Shown: piece after piece, positions 37,437-47,836 of the stretch
Position numbering within the stretch: position 1 is the first letter of the stretch
Layout: every line of letters begins with the position of its first letter
From: Caldiserica bacterium UBA4770
GTDB taxonomy: Bacteria > Caldisericota > Caldisericia > Caldisericales > Caldisericaceae
Direction: 5' to 3'
Length of the DNA stretch: 53,930 nucleotides
Assembly: GCA_002403335.1 (NCBI GenBank)
Contig: DHHO01000002.1
Span: 71,540-125,469, forward strand
Program-made: the position numbers and the translations under genes
The notes under the pieces: model-generated
Databases searched by the model: none
Seen by the model: the letters and a program-made list of their open reading frames with translations, nothing else
What the model was told of the DNA's origin: nothing

Positions 37437-37582
37437 TAATTAATAGTGAGAAGAGTTTTGTTTTAACTTTTACTTTATAATGGGTACTAATTAATAAATA
37501 TGACTGACGGCTTTGTTGAAAATATTGAGATAATCTGCTTATAAGGAGTGCAGATTACAGAGAATTAAAAAACGAGGTGAAA

Positions 37583-37747
37583 ATGGGTATGCATATTATA
37601 AAAGGGTGGGTATTGACCACAATTGTAGATCTCTCAAATAGTTTATCTTTACGCCAAGACTGTGAGGATATACGAAGCAAGACGTATACAAAAGTGTTAA
37701 GAGAAAAGCAAAAGCCTGCTTCTATTAAAATAAGGGTGGAAGAATGA
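37583..37747 (+). CDS. Small 54-aa basic ORF translationally coupled to hsdM
   Basis: RBS GAGGTG-4 nt-ATG; stop TGA overlaps the hsdM ATG (ATGA); sequence [54 protein letters not shown]. Confidence 0.25.
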   Translation: MGMHIIKGWVLTTIVDLSNSLSLRQDCEDIRSKTYTKVLREKQKPASIKIRVEE

Positions 37748-40200
37748 GCAACGGAAAGATTACATTAAGACAACTTGAAACACACTTATTTAGAGCTGCA
37801 GATATCTTAAGGGGCAAAATGGATGCCTCCGAATATAAAGAATACATATTTGGTATGCTATTCTTAAAGCGTACTTCTGACATATTTGAAGAAAAGAGAG
37901 GAATAATAAGAAACAAACTTAAGTCCGAAGGTCTTTCTGACAAAGAAATTGAAGAACTGCTCGAAGACCCAAATATTTACGATGAGACTTTCTTTGTTCC
38001 CAAAAGAGCCAGATGGGCAAATATCTTAATCTTAAAAGAGGATGTTGGCAACCAACTCAACAAAGCTCTCAGTGCTATAGAAGAGGCAAACCCAGAGCTA
38101 GATGGAGTATTAAAACATATTGATTTCAACGCAATAAAGGGGAAAACGCGCTTAAAAGACCAACAACTCGTAGATTTGATAAACCATTTCAACAAATACA
38201 GGCTAAGGAACGAGGACTTTGAATTTCCCGACCTACTTGGAGCTGCCTACGAATATCTTCTAAAAGAATTTGCAGATTCAGCAGGGAAAAAAGGTGGCGA
38301 GTTCTACACCCCACCGCATGTAAAAACGCTAATGGCAAAACTTGTAAAACCACAGGAAGGGATGACCGTTTATGACCCTACTGTCGGTTCTGGAGGTTTT
38401 TTGATTGAGTCAAGACAATATGTAGAAGAGCAAGGTCAAGACCCACGAAACTTAGCTCTCTACGGACAGGAATCTAACGGTGTAACATGGTCAATATGCA
38501 AAATGAATATGATACTTCACGGTATCCTCGATGCAAGCATTGAGAATGATGACACGCTTACAACGCCCAAATTTGTAGAGAATGGCTATATAAAGACATT
38601 TGATAGAGTTTTGGCCAATCCTCCTTTCTCTCAAGATTATTCAAGGGCAAATATGCAATTTCAAGAAAGATTTAAATACGGTTTTACTCCAGAAAACGGC
38701 AAGAAGGCTGACTTAATATTCCTGCAGCATATGATCGCGAGTTTGAAAAGTAATGGAGTAATGGCAAGCGTTATGCCTCACGGAGTTTTGTTCCGAGGTG
38801 GTCAGGAAAAAATAATAAGGGAAGGAATTGTTAATGACAATATCATTGAGGCGATAATAGGCTTGCCTGAGAAACTTTTTTATAATACAGGCATACCTGC
38901 ATGCATCATTGTAATAAATAAGAACAAACCGTTGCACCTTAAAAACAAAATTTTGTTTATAAATACCGACAGAGAATACGGAGAAGGCAGAAACCAGAAC
39001 TACCTAAGGCCAGAGGATATAGAGAAGATCTTGACAGTTTTTGATAGGAAGTTGGAATTGCCAAAGTATTCAAGGCTTGTGGATATAAAGGAAATCGAGG
39101 ATAACGACTTTAATCTCAATATAAGGCGATATGTGGATAATTCGCCAGAAAGAGAAGCAGAAGATGTTCAGCATCACCTGTTGGGGTCTGTGCCAAAAAG
39201 CGAAGTTAGCACATATCAATCGCAGTTGGAGAAGTTCAATTTCAATTTAAGCGTTCTTTTTGCTGAAAAAGATGATAAAAACCTTGAATTCTTAGAAAGA
39301 ATTGATGATAAGAGCAAGATAAAAGAAGGCATTGAAAATCACGAAGGCGTTAAAGATAGATTTTCCAAGCATTACCAGGCGTTAAACGAGTGGTGGCAAG
39401 AAACTAAAGAAGAAATAGAAAATCTACCTCATAAAAATAATCTCTTGGGACTTAAGAATAAGGCAATGCATGCTTTAAAAGACAAATTGCTTCCTCTTGA
39501 GTGTCTTGATGAATTTAAGATTGCAGGTGTTTTTGTTAATTGGTGGGAAGAGCTAAAATATGACTTTAAGACCATCGTTTCATCTGGATGGAGCAAGGAG
39601 CTTATTCCCGACGAAAGAATAGAACAAAAGTTTTTTGCCGATGATTTAAAGGGTATTGAGGAACTCGACGCAAAAATTGCTGAAATTGTTGGTGAGCTAA
39701 ACGAAACCCTTGAAGAAGTTGAGGACTGGGACGAGGAAGAGCAAGGGCAGAAAACCGCAGGCAAAGTAAGAGACTATCTAAAAGAAACAATTAACGACCT
39801 TCACTCTGCTTCACAGGAGATAGCCCTTAAAGAAATATCAAAATTGGAAGATTTGATTAAAAGGATAGATGCTTATGACAGAGAATTAAAGAAATTAAAC
39901 AAAGATTTGAAATCAAAGAGACAGAATATAGATAGCAAAGTAAGTCAAAAGAGGGAAACCTTAACAGAAGATGAGGCAAAGGAGATACTCATAGAAAAGT
40001 TTTATGAAGTTATAAAAGATTATCTCACAAAATACCTGAATGCTGAAAAGAAAGAACTAATAAGAATTTTTGAGAACCTCTGGGACAAATACAAAACTTC
40101 ACTTGAGCAGTTAAAAACCGAGAGAGACGAAGAAGTTAAGAAGCTGGATGAGTTTTTAAAGAAGTTAGGGTATAATCTGCTGAAGAAAAGTGCAGATTAG
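37744..40200 (+). CDS. hsdM: Type I restriction-modification N6-adenine DNA methyltransferase subunit HsdM with long C-terminal coiled-coil extension
   Basis: HsdM N-terminal domain ([29 protein letters not shown]), SAM-binding [10 protein letters not shown] and catalytic NPPF ([10 protein letters not shown]). At 818 aa it is about 300 aa longer than typical HsdM, with an E/K-rich coiled-coil tail. Confidence 0.9.
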   Translation: MSNGKITLRQLETHLFRAADILRGKMDASEYKEYIFGMLFLKRTSDIFEEKRGIIRNKLKSEGLSDKEIEELLEDPNIYDETFFVPKRARWANILILKEDVGNQLNKALSAIEEANPELDGVLKHIDFNAIKGKTRLKDQQLVDLINHFNKYRLRNEDFEFPDLLGAAYEYLLKEFADSAGKKGGEFYTPPHVKTLMAKLVKPQEGMTVYDPTVGSGGFLIESRQYVEEQGQDPRNLALYGQESNGVTWSICKMNMILHGILDASIENDDTLTTPKFVENGYIKTFDRVLANPPFSQDYSRANMQFQERFKYGFTPENGKKADLIFLQHMIASLKSNGVMASVMPHGVLFRGGQEKIIREGIVNDNIIEAIIGLPEKLFYNTGIPACIIVINKNKPLHLKNKILFINTDREYGEGRNQNYLRPEDIEKILTVFDRKLELPKYSRLVDIKEIEDNDFNLNIRRYVDNSPEREAEDVQHHLLGSVPKSEVSTYQSQLEKFNFNLSVLFAEKDDKNLEFLERIDDKSKIKEGIENHEGVKDRFSKHYQALNEWWQETKEEIENLPHKNNLLGLKNKAMHALKDKLLPLECLDEFKIAGVFVNWWEELKYDFKTIVSSGWSKELIPDERIEQKFFADDLKGIEELDAKIAEIVGELNETLEEVEDWDEEEQGQKTAGKVRDYLKETINDLHSASQEIALKEISKLEDLIKRIDAYDRELKKLNKDLKSKRQNIDSKVSQKRETLTEDEAKEILIEKFYEVIKDYLTKYLNAEKKELIRIFENLWDKYKTSLEQLKTERDEEVKKLDEFLKKLGYNLLKKSAD

Positions 40201-40236
40201 AAGGAATATACAAATAAGTCAATTATGGAGGCGAAA

Positions 40237-41364
40237 ATGAAGAAAAAAGACCCATACATACCAAAGAAATTTCCTCCAGAGAAAATAAAATGGAAGGAAA
40301 TAATTCCACTGATTAGCAAGGCTAACTCAGCCATAGCACGTTTTGACGGCATGCTTCAGAGCTTAGTAAATCCTGGTGTCTTACTTTCGCCTCTCACAAC
40401 AAAGGAAGCTGTTTTGTCATCTCGTATTGAGGGAACGCAAGCAACATTAGAAGAAGTAATGCAAGAAGAAGCAGGATTTAACGACAAAAAAATTTCAACT
40501 TCTCTCAAGGAAGATATCAAAGAAATCATTAATTACCGTAATGCATTAACTTTTGCAGAAGAAGAACTAAGCCATAGGCCAATGACTTTAGGCCTAATTA
40601 AAGATATTCACGCAATATTGCTTGATAGCGTAAGAGGAAAAGATAAGTCTCCTGGAGAATTCAGAAATAACCAAAATTGGATTGGAATTTCTGGCATGCC
40701 AATGGAAGAGTCTCGATTTGTGCCTCCAAACCCAATAGTTTTACAGGAACATCTTGAAAGATGGGAAGATTTTCTTCGCTTTGACGGATTCCCTGATACA
40801 TTAGTTCAACTTGCTATTATTCATGCCCAATTTGAGATTTTACATCCGTTTAAAGACGGGAATGGTAGAACGGGACGATTGATTATCCCATTATTCCTAT
40901 TTTGGAAAAAGTTGCTAACTAAACCAAGTTTTTATATGAGTGAGTATCTTGAGAGAAATAGGCAGCAATATGACGATAAATTGCTTTTCATAACGGAAAA
41001 AGGTGATTGGCAAGGATGGATAGAATTCTTTCTAAATGCAATTATTGAACAGTCTGAAATAAACACCGGTAAAACAAAAAAGATGCTTGAACTTTACGAA
41101 GGGAGCAAAAGAAAATTTGCAGTTGCAACTCAATCACAATATGCTATTGCGGCATTGGATGCTTTCTTTAAGCAGCCGATTATAAACACTTCATTGTTCT
41201 TAAAGATTGCAGCTATTCCTAATAGAGTAACAGGCAACAAAATCTTGAAGAAGCTGTTGGACGATAAATTAATTAAGTTGTATAAGCCATCAGAAGGAAG
41301 AAAACCAGCCATATATATTTTCTGCGACTTGTTGAATATTGTCGAAGACAAAAGAGTATGTTGA
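40237..41364 (+). CDS. fic: Fic-family protein (class II, auto-inhibited AMPylase type) embedded in the hsd operon
   Basis: Canonical Fic motif HPFKDGNGRTGRL; N-terminal inhibitory helix motif SSRIEGT ((S/T)xxxE(G/N)); likely start at the second ATG after the GGAGG RBS. Confidence 0.85.
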   Translation: MKKKDPYIPKKFPPEKIKWKEIIPLISKANSAIARFDGMLQSLVNPGVLLSPLTTKEAVLSSRIEGTQATLEEVMQEEAGFNDKKISTSLKEDIKEIINYRNALTFAEEELSHRPMTLGLIKDIHAILLDSVRGKDKSPGEFRNNQNWIGISGMPMEESRFVPPNPIVLQEHLERWEDFLRFDGFPDTLVQLAIIHAQFEILHPFKDGNGRTGRLIIPLFLFWKKLLTKPSFYMSEYLERNRQQYDDKLLFITEKGDWQGWIEFFLNAIIEQSEINTGKTKKMLELYEGSKRKFAVATQSQYAIAALDAFFKQPIINTSLFLKIAAIPNRVTGNKILKKLLDDKLIKLYKPSEGRKPAIYIFCDLLNIVEDKRVC

Positions 41365-41398
41365 AGTTGTGCAAACTAAAGTATTCACAAAGGTATTT

Positions 41399-41429
41399 GT
41401 GTAAACTCAAAACATGTTTTAGTTTACAC
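41399..41429. promoter_or_regulatory. 31-bp near-perfect palindrome/hairpin between fic and hsdS
   Basis: GTGTAAACT-c-AAAA-CATG-TTTT-AGTTTACAC (13-bp stem, one bulge, CATG loop), followed by a U-rich tract AACTTTGGTTGTGTTAATTTT. Confidence 0.4.
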
Positions 41430-41523
41430 AACTTTGGTTGTGTTAATTTTAGCGCACACAAGAATTGCTAAAAGCAGAGAATGATGGCTATGAAGAAAAT
41501 AGAGTTGCAACAAAGGAGCATAA

Positions 41524-41572
41524 GGGGAAGCAAAGGAGTCAAAGGGGTCCTAATGGGGTCATTAAGGGGTCA
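41524..41572. repeat. Five helically phased (10-11 bp) GGGG(T/A)(C/A) direct repeats upstream of hsdS
   Basis: GGGGAA 41524, GGAGTC 41535, GGGGTC 41544, GGGGTC 41555, GGGGTC 41566; iteron-like spacing. Confidence 0.4.
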
Positions 41573-41659
41573 AAGGATGAACCAAGCATACAATAAAGGC
41601 TTAATAAATGTGCAAAAAATATACCATAAAGACCTAAAATAAACTAATAGGGACAAAAG

Positions 41660-42892
41660 ATGGAGAATAAAGAAGAATTTAAAATAAAGAACGTGGAGAC
41701 GCTCCCCGACGGCTGGAAAAGGGTGAAGCTGGGGGAAGTATTAGAAGAAAGAGATGAAAGAGTTGGGAATGCAGAGTTAGAACCTGTTGCAATAGGTGTT
41801 CAAGGGGTTAGAAAAAGGAATGAGATCTATTATAAAGATCTATCTGAGAATTATTCAAATAATAAGGTGTTTAAATACGGCTTTGTTGCATTTGGTCTAG
41901 GAACAAATGAAATGGCAATTGGTGTTAATGTTTTAAATGAAGATTTTTGCGTTAGCCCTGCTTACAAAGTTTTTGAAATCAAGAACGGAGATGCTATATT
42001 TTTTCAATATTTTGTAAACTTTATTAAAATTCTTTTTGGCAATAAGTTTTTAACAGTTTCTGCAAGACAGGGTAAAAGTATAGACTTTAAGTGGTTCCTT
42101 CAAGAGAATGTTATCCTTCCTCCACTTCCTGAGCAGAAGAAAATTACGGAAATTCTGGAGACTGTTGATAATGTAATAGAAAAAACTGATGCGATTATTG
42201 GAAAATACAAACGGATTAAGCAGGGCTTGATGCAGGATTTACTTACCAAGGGCATAGACGAAAAGGGACAAATCCGAAGCGAGCAAACTCACAAATTCAA
42301 AGACTCCCCCCTTGGCAGGATTCCCGAAGAGTGGGAAGTTGTGAGGCTGGGGGAAGTGGGAGACATATTTGACAGCAAAAGGATACCGTTAGATGGAGAA
42401 TATAGATCAAATATAAAGGGAGAATTTCCTTATTGTGGCGCTACTGGAATTATTGATTACATAAACGACTATATATTTGATGGAGAGTTTGTTTTGATTG
42501 CAGAAGATGGCGGCAAATTTAATCGTTTTGAAGATACGGCTTATTTAATGATGGGAAAGTTTTGGGCTAATAATCATGTTCATATTGTATTTGGAAAAGC
42601 GGATTTTTTGAATAATGCTTTTTTACAATACTTTATAAATTACGAAGACGTAAGTTCTTACATTTCTGGAAGCACGAGAGAAAAACTAAACCAGCGACTT
42701 TTAAAAAATATTATTCTTCCTCTTCCTCCACTTCCTGAGCAGCAACGCATTGCCGAAATCCTTTCGCAGATTGACGAAACAATTGAAAAAGAGATACAAT
42801 ATAAAGAGAAACTTGAGCGCCTCAAAAATGGCCTTATGGAAGATTTATTCACCGGCAAGGTAAGAGTAAACAATTTAGTAAAGGAGGAGTGA
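41660..42892 (+). CDS. hsdS: Type I RM specificity subunit HsdS (two target-recognition domains)
   Basis: Two TRDs separated and followed by the conserved HsdS helices LPPLPEQKKITEIL and LPLPPLPEQQRIAEIL. Confidence 0.9.
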   Translation: MENKEEFKIKNVETLPDGWKRVKLGEVLEERDERVGNAELEPVAIGVQGVRKRNEIYYKDLSENYSNNKVFKYGFVAFGLGTNEMAIGVNVLNEDFCVSPAYKVFEIKNGDAIFFQYFVNFIKILFGNKFLTVSARQGKSIDFKWFLQENVILPPLPEQKKITEILETVDNVIEKTDAIIGKYKRIKQGLMQDLLTKGIDEKGQIRSEQTHKFKDSPLGRIPEEWEVVRLGEVGDIFDSKRIPLDGEYRSNIKGEFPYCGATGIIDYINDYIFDGEFVLIAEDGGKFNRFEDTAYLMMGKFWANNHVHIVFGKADFLNNAFLQYFINYEDVSSYISGSTREKLNQRLLKNIILPLPPLPEQQRIAEILSQIDETIEKEIQYKEKLERLKNGLMEDLFTGKVRVNNLVKEE

Positions 42893-42895
42893 ACA

Positions 42896-44677
42896 ATGAA
42901 GGATGATGACTCAATTAGACTCGGCAAAGAAAACATCTTAAGTCTAGTAAGAAGATCTTATAATGGAGAGGTAGTGCTTCCTGATTTTCAGAGAAATTTT
43001 ATTTGGGATAGACAGGGGATAGAGGAATTTATTAAGTCTCTTTTAGAGAATGTTTTTATTGGTACATTTTTGATTCTTGAAACAGTTCCTGGCATGGAAC
43101 CTTTTAATTGCATTCTTGTTCAGGGAGCTAAAAAAGTAAATCCAAATATTGAAGCAAAACCAAAAATCATTATTCTTGACGGTCAGCAAAGACTTACATC
43201 TCTTTTTTATGCTATATACAGCCCTGATATTCCTCTTAAAAACACAGAGAGACCTTATGCTTTTTTCATTGACTTACAGAAACTTGCAGAAGATGATATA
43301 GATGAGGCAGTTTTCAGCCATCCAAAAGATCATATGTTTTATAAAAATCTTTTAGATGGAAGAACTTCTTTTGATACCGAAAAACTAAAAGAGTCAAAAG
43401 TAATCACTTTAGCATTGTTTCAAGATATAAGCACTTTTAACAAGCTTTGGTATAAGGAATTTAACAATTTGTTTGACAATGAGACAGCTGAAAAAGTGAA
43501 AGCCTACTTAGATAACATCTTTAGTTACGATGTAATAACACTATCATTATCGACATCTTTTAATGAAGAACCAGACAAAATAGTTGTTCTATTTGAAAGG
43601 TTAAACAGAACTGGCGTAAGGCTTTCTACATACGACCTTCTTGTTGCACGCATGTATAAGTTTATGAAACTTAGGGAAGAATGGGAAAGATTATTTAATG
43701 ATAGCAATAATTATCAGAATATTAGAAAACTTGCTTCTTATGAAATTGAAAACACCGATGTGCCTTTTTCATTTATTCGAGCATTAGTTCTTTCAAAGGA
43801 AAAAAGCATAAAAGATAGAGACCTTATAAAAATTGATTCTAAAATATTGAATAAAGAAGAGTGGAAAAGGGTTGTAGAAGTTGCTGAAAAAAAGGTCTTG
43901 AGCAGGCTATTTTACCAAGGCAATTACGGAATAGGTGGAGATATTGACAAGTGGCTTCCTTATTCAACAATTGTTATTCCTTTTCTTGCTTTATATTTAA
44001 AACATGACCATCCAGATGTAAAAAAGTTAGATATGTGGTATTGGAGTGTAGTTTTTTCGGAAAGTTATTCTGGATCTACATACTCAGAAATCATGAAAGA
44101 TTTTAGAGAAGTCTCAAGATGGTTTGAAGACGACTTATTAATACCTGAAGTTGTAAGAGAATTAAGGGATCAAATACTCAAAGGAGCATATTCTTTAAAA
44201 GACGTAAAGAGGGTTGGAAGCTCTTTGTTTAAAGGTGTTTTCAATTTAATCTTTAGGAATGATCCAGTGGACTTTTTCGAACCTGAAAACATTGCCTTTA
44301 ATGAGTTGAATGACCATCATATTTTCCCTAAAAATTTTCTTAAAGTGGTCAATGTTGATTCAGATATTGTTTTGAATAGGACTTTGATATTTGATAGGAC
44401 TAATAAAATTATTTCTAACAAGAGCCCAGAGGATTATATTAAAGAAATGATCGAAACTCAAAAGCAAAAGAATGTTTCTCTTGAGGAAGCAGAACGTAGA
44501 GTTAAAGAAATTTTTGAAAAACATTTTATAAATTGTGAGATGTACGAGATATTAAAGAATACTTCAAAAGACTTGCCAAAAGAGAAAATTAAAGAAAACT
44601 TCGAACGATTTATTGATTTAAGAGAGAAATTGATTTTGGCAAAGATTAAGGAATTAATTGGATTGAGGGAATATTAG
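42896..44677 (+). CDS. DUF262/DUF1524 two-domain nuclease (GmrSD/SspE-like type-IV-restriction family) between hsdS and hsdR
   Basis: N-terminal DUF262 (ParB/Srx-like) motif DGQQRLTSL; C-terminal DUF1524 His-Me-finger-like motif NDHHIFPKNF; RBS GGAGGAG. Confidence 0.8.
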   Translation: MKDDDSIRLGKENILSLVRRSYNGEVVLPDFQRNFIWDRQGIEEFIKSLLENVFIGTFLILETVPGMEPFNCILVQGAKKVNPNIEAKPKIIILDGQQRLTSLFYAIYSPDIPLKNTERPYAFFIDLQKLAEDDIDEAVFSHPKDHMFYKNLLDGRTSFDTEKLKESKVITLALFQDISTFNKLWYKEFNNLFDNETAEKVKAYLDNIFSYDVITLSLSTSFNEEPDKIVVLFERLNRTGVRLSTYDLLVARMYKFMKLREEWERLFNDSNNYQNIRKLASYEIENTDVPFSFIRALVLSKEKSIKDRDLIKIDSKILNKEEWKRVVEVAEKKVLSRLFYQGNYGIGGDIDKWLPYSTIVIPFLALYLKHDHPDVKKLDMWYWSVVFSESYSGSTYSEIMKDFREVSRWFEDDLLIPEVVRELRDQILKGAYSLKDVKRVGSSLFKGVFNLIFRNDPVDFFEPENIAFNELNDHHIFPKNFLKVVNVDSDIVLNRTLIFDRTNKIISNKSPEDYIKEMIETQKQKNVSLEEAERRVKEIFEKHFINCEMYEILKNTSKDLPKEKIKENFERFIDLREKLILAKIKELIGLREY

Positions 44678-44680
44678 GCA

Positions 44681-47600
44681 ATGATCCTTGACGAAGAGCA
44701 TTATGTAGAAAACTCTTTCCTTGAGCAACTGCAAAAGCTCGGTTGGAAAATTTATAGGCAGAATAAAGATGATTCCGAGGACGCAAAGGAGATTATTCAA
44801 TTCAATAATTTGGGTGTAGCCTCTTATGGAGAAAGCATTAAGTTCAGGGAAAGTTTTAGAGAGATAATCCTTGAGCAAGAATTAAGAAATTCAATTAAAA
44901 GAATAAACTCCTGGATAGAAGATGCCCAGGTAAGCGAAGTAGTAAGGCGAATAACAATGCCGCAAGCCAATTCACTGCTTGAAGCAAATAGAGAAATTCA
45001 TGACCTTTTCCTTGAAAACACTTCCATATCAGAGAATAGAAAAACAGGTGAAAAAAGCCCAACAGTTAGATTTATAGATTTTAAAAATCCAGAAAACAAT
45101 TCTTTTATCGCAATATCTCAGTTTAAAGTAAATATCCCAGGCACCGAGAAACATATCATTCCTGACATAGTTCTTTTTGTTAATGGCTTACCTTTGGTAG
45201 TGGTTGAATGTAAATCACCAGCAACAGCAGATCCAATAAGTGAAGCCATAACACAACTTATGCGGTATTCAAACAGACGTGGCGAGAAAGAAGGTAACGA
45301 GAAATTATTCTGGTACAATCTGTTTATAGTAGCAACTTCCAAACAGGTTGCAAAGATAGGTACAATCACATCGCAATACGAGGACTTCGTGGAGTGGAAG
45401 GACCCGTATCCTTACACTCTTTCAGACATAAGCGAAGAAGGTGTAATTACAAGCCAGCAACTTTTTATACAGGGAATGCTCTCAATTGAAAATCTCTCGG
45501 AAATACTCCACTCATTCACCATCTTTAAGGAAGATTCGAAAGGTGGAGTGGTAAAAATAGTGCCAAGATATCAACAATTCAGAGCAGTGAAAAAAATAGT
45601 AAAAAAGATAAAAGAAGGTAAAACACCAGAAGAGAGAGGCGGGATTATCTGGCACACACAGGGTTCAGGCAAATCAATGACGATGATGTATGCAGTAAGA
45701 GCAATATATCACGACCAAGAGCTAAGTAATTTCAAAGTAGTGTTTGTAACCGATAGAAAAGATCTCGAACGTCAGCTGAGAGACACATCAAAAAGTGTAG
45801 GCTACACTGTTAAACTCGCAAGGAGTATAAATGAGCTTAAAGAACTCTTGAAAACTGATACCCCTGATCTGGTCATGGGAATGATTAGTAAGTTTCAGGA
45901 AAGAGAACTTGAGCAGGAATTCCCGCTATTAAATACATCTCCGAATATCCTTGTTATGATAGATGAAGCACACAGAACACAATATAAACTCCTCGGGGCA
46001 AATTTGAAAAAAGCTCTTCCAAATTCAATTAAGTTAGCCTTCACAGGTACGCCAATTGAAAAAACAGAAATGACCTTTGGTGACTACATTGACAGATACG
46101 GTATAAAGCAATCTGTTGAAGACGGGGTAACCGTTGAGATCGTTTATGAGGGAAGGACGCATTCTGCGGAACTTACAAATGAAGAGGAAGCTAATGCAAA
46201 ATTTGAGGAAGTTTTCCAAAATGTTGATGCAGATGAAAAGAATAAAATAATGGGAAGATACACATGGAGAGCGTATCTTGAAGATGAAAATGTGATAAAA
46301 GACAAATCGAAGGACATGATAGAGCATTACATAACGCATGTCTTCCCAAATAAATTTAAGGCTCAGGTTGTGACTGCATCAAGAGTTGCAGTCGTAAGAT
46401 ACAAAAAGGCTCTTGAGGAATCACTCAAAGAGCATATTGAGAAGCTCAAGAGGGAAAACCCAGATAACGTAGATTTGGAAACGCTTGAGAGGTTGAAAGT
46501 TGCGGCAGTTTTTTCAGGAGCACAGAATGACCCACCTGAATACAAAGAATTTAGCGATGAAGTAATACAGGAAAAAGTTATAAAAAGCTTCAAGATGCCC
46601 TTCAATAAAATTGATGAAAGTGGAATAGCAGGAGAAGTGGGAATCATTATAGTGAATGAAATGCTTATTACAGGTTTCGATGCACCGCTTGAACAAGTGA
46701 TGTACTTGGACAATGTCATAAAAGAGCACAACCTTCTACAGGCAATCGCAAGAGTTAACCGAGTATATAAAGATAAACATTGTGGCTTTGTGGTTGATTA
46801 TGTAGGTGTTTTGAACCATTTAAAAGAAGCTCTCTCTATCTATGCGGATGAAGATATTGAAGAGATAAGCAAAGTTGTTTTTAACAAAGCACAAGCAGTG
46901 GACAAGCTTAGATATTATCATAACGAACTTTTAACATTTTTTGCAAAGCATTATATAAGAAACTTTAGAGAAGACTTCGAGGATTGTATTGAACTTCTCG
47001 AAGATGAAGAAATTAGAGACGAATTTATAGCCATTGTAAAAAATTTTAGTAATGCAATGGATAAAATTCTTCCAGATCCAGAGGCTCTGAAATACATAAG
47101 AGACTTGAAGATAGTCAATTTCATTAAAGAATCTGCGAAAAACAGATTTAGGGATGACAAGCTCAGTATAAAAGACGCAAGTGGCAAAGTAAGAGATATT
47201 GTAGAGGAATATTTGGTATCCAAAGGAGTTGACCCCAAGATTCCTCCGCTTCCACTGTTTTCAGATGATTTCATTTCAAAAGTAAAGGAAAAGCCGTCCA
47301 GAGACAAGACGGTATATCTAAAATATGCAATAACAGAATATATTGCGAAGCATTCTGAAGAAGACCCAGAATTTTACGAGCGATTTTCAGATAAACTGAA
47401 AAAGGTGCTTGACGAATATAGAGAAAATTGGGATTTGCTTGCGTATGAACTTGAGAATTTAAGAACTCAACTTAAAGAAGGCAGAGGAAGCGAACGGGAC
47501 TTTGGCTTTGACAGAAAAACTGAAATGCCATTCTTAGGCTTAATGAAACAGCTAGTATTTGGGAAAACTCCATTAGAGGAATTGAAAGAAGATGATATAA

Positions 47601-47836
47601 ACTTACTTGTCGAAGTAACAAAAGACACAGTTGCAATTATAAAAAGAGAGATAAGATATGTTGACTTCTGGGATAATTACCACAAGCAAAAGAGGTTAAA
47701 ATCTTACATAATTACCAACATCTTGCTTCCAAAAAAGAAAGAGAATCCTTTGCTCTACGATCTTAGAAACCAAATAGCACAGAGAATAATAGAACTTGCA
47801 TACCACATCTATGGAGAAAAGCATAATGGGCATTGA
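44681..47836 (+). CDS. hsdR: Type I restriction enzyme R subunit HsdR
   Basis: 1051 aa; N-terminal PD-(D/E)xK-like nuclease region (DIVLFVNGLPLVVVECK), SF2 helicase motifs (HTQGSGKS, VMIDEAHRTQ), C-terminal helical domain. Confidence 0.9.
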   Translation: MILDEEHYVENSFLEQLQKLGWKIYRQNKDDSEDAKEIIQFNNLGVASYGESIKFRESFREIILEQELRNSIKRINSWIEDAQVSEVVRRITMPQANSLLEANREIHDLFLENTSISENRKTGEKSPTVRFIDFKNPENNSFIAISQFKVNIPGTEKHIIPDIVLFVNGLPLVVVECKSPATADPISEAITQLMRYSNRRGEKEGNEKLFWYNLFIVATSKQVAKIGTITSQYEDFVEWKDPYPYTLSDISEEGVITSQQLFIQGMLSIENLSEILHSFTIFKEDSKGGVVKIVPRYQQFRAVKKIVKKIKEGKTPEERGGIIWHTQGSGKSMTMMYAVRAIYHDQELSNFKVVFVTDRKDLERQLRDTSKSVGYTVKLARSINELKELLKTDTPDLVMGMISKFQERELEQEFPLLNTSPNILVMIDEAHRTQYKLLGANLKKALPNSIKLAFTGTPIEKTEMTFGDYIDRYGIKQSVEDGVTVEIVYEGRTHSAELTNEEEANAKFEEVFQNVDADEKNKIMGRYTWRAYLEDENVIKDKSKDMIEHYITHVFPNKFKAQVVTASRVAVVRYKKALEESLKEHIEKLKRENPDNVDLETLERLKVAAVFSGAQNDPPEYKEFSDEVIQEKVIKSFKMPFNKIDESGIAGEVGIIIVNEMLITGFDAPLEQVMYLDNVIKEHNLLQAIARVNRVYKDKHCGFVVDYVGVLNHLKEALSIYADEDIEEISKVVFNKAQAVDKLRYYHNELLTFFAKHYIRNFREDFEDCIELLEDEEIRDEFIAIVKNFSNAMDKILPDPEALKYIRDLKIVNFIKESAKNRFRDDKLSIKDASGKVRDIVEEYLVSKGVDPKIPPLPLFSDDFISKVKEKPSRDKTVYLKYAITEYIAKHSEEDPEFYERFSDKLKKVLDEYRENWDLLAYELENLRTQLKEGRGSERDFGFDRKTEMPFLGLMKQLVFGKTPLEELKEDDINLLVEVTKDTVAIIKREIRYVDFWDNYHKQKRLKSYIITNILLPKKKENPLLYDLRNQIAQRIIELAYHIYGEKHNGH

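Noticed and set aside
41490-41657. 55-codon ORF (MMAMKKIELQQRSIRGSKGVKG...) between fic and hsdS
   Set aside because: Its Gly/Lys low-complexity sequence is produced by the phased GGGGTC DNA repeats and the RBS is weak, so it is more likely regulatory DNA than a gene.
47796-47810. TTG start of the DUF45 metallohydrolase ORF, and TTG start at 50542 of the large membrane protein
   Set aside because: Downstream ATGs (47811; 50647) give better-supported starts: overlap or coupling with hsdR in the first case, a clean signal peptide and promoter spacing in the second.
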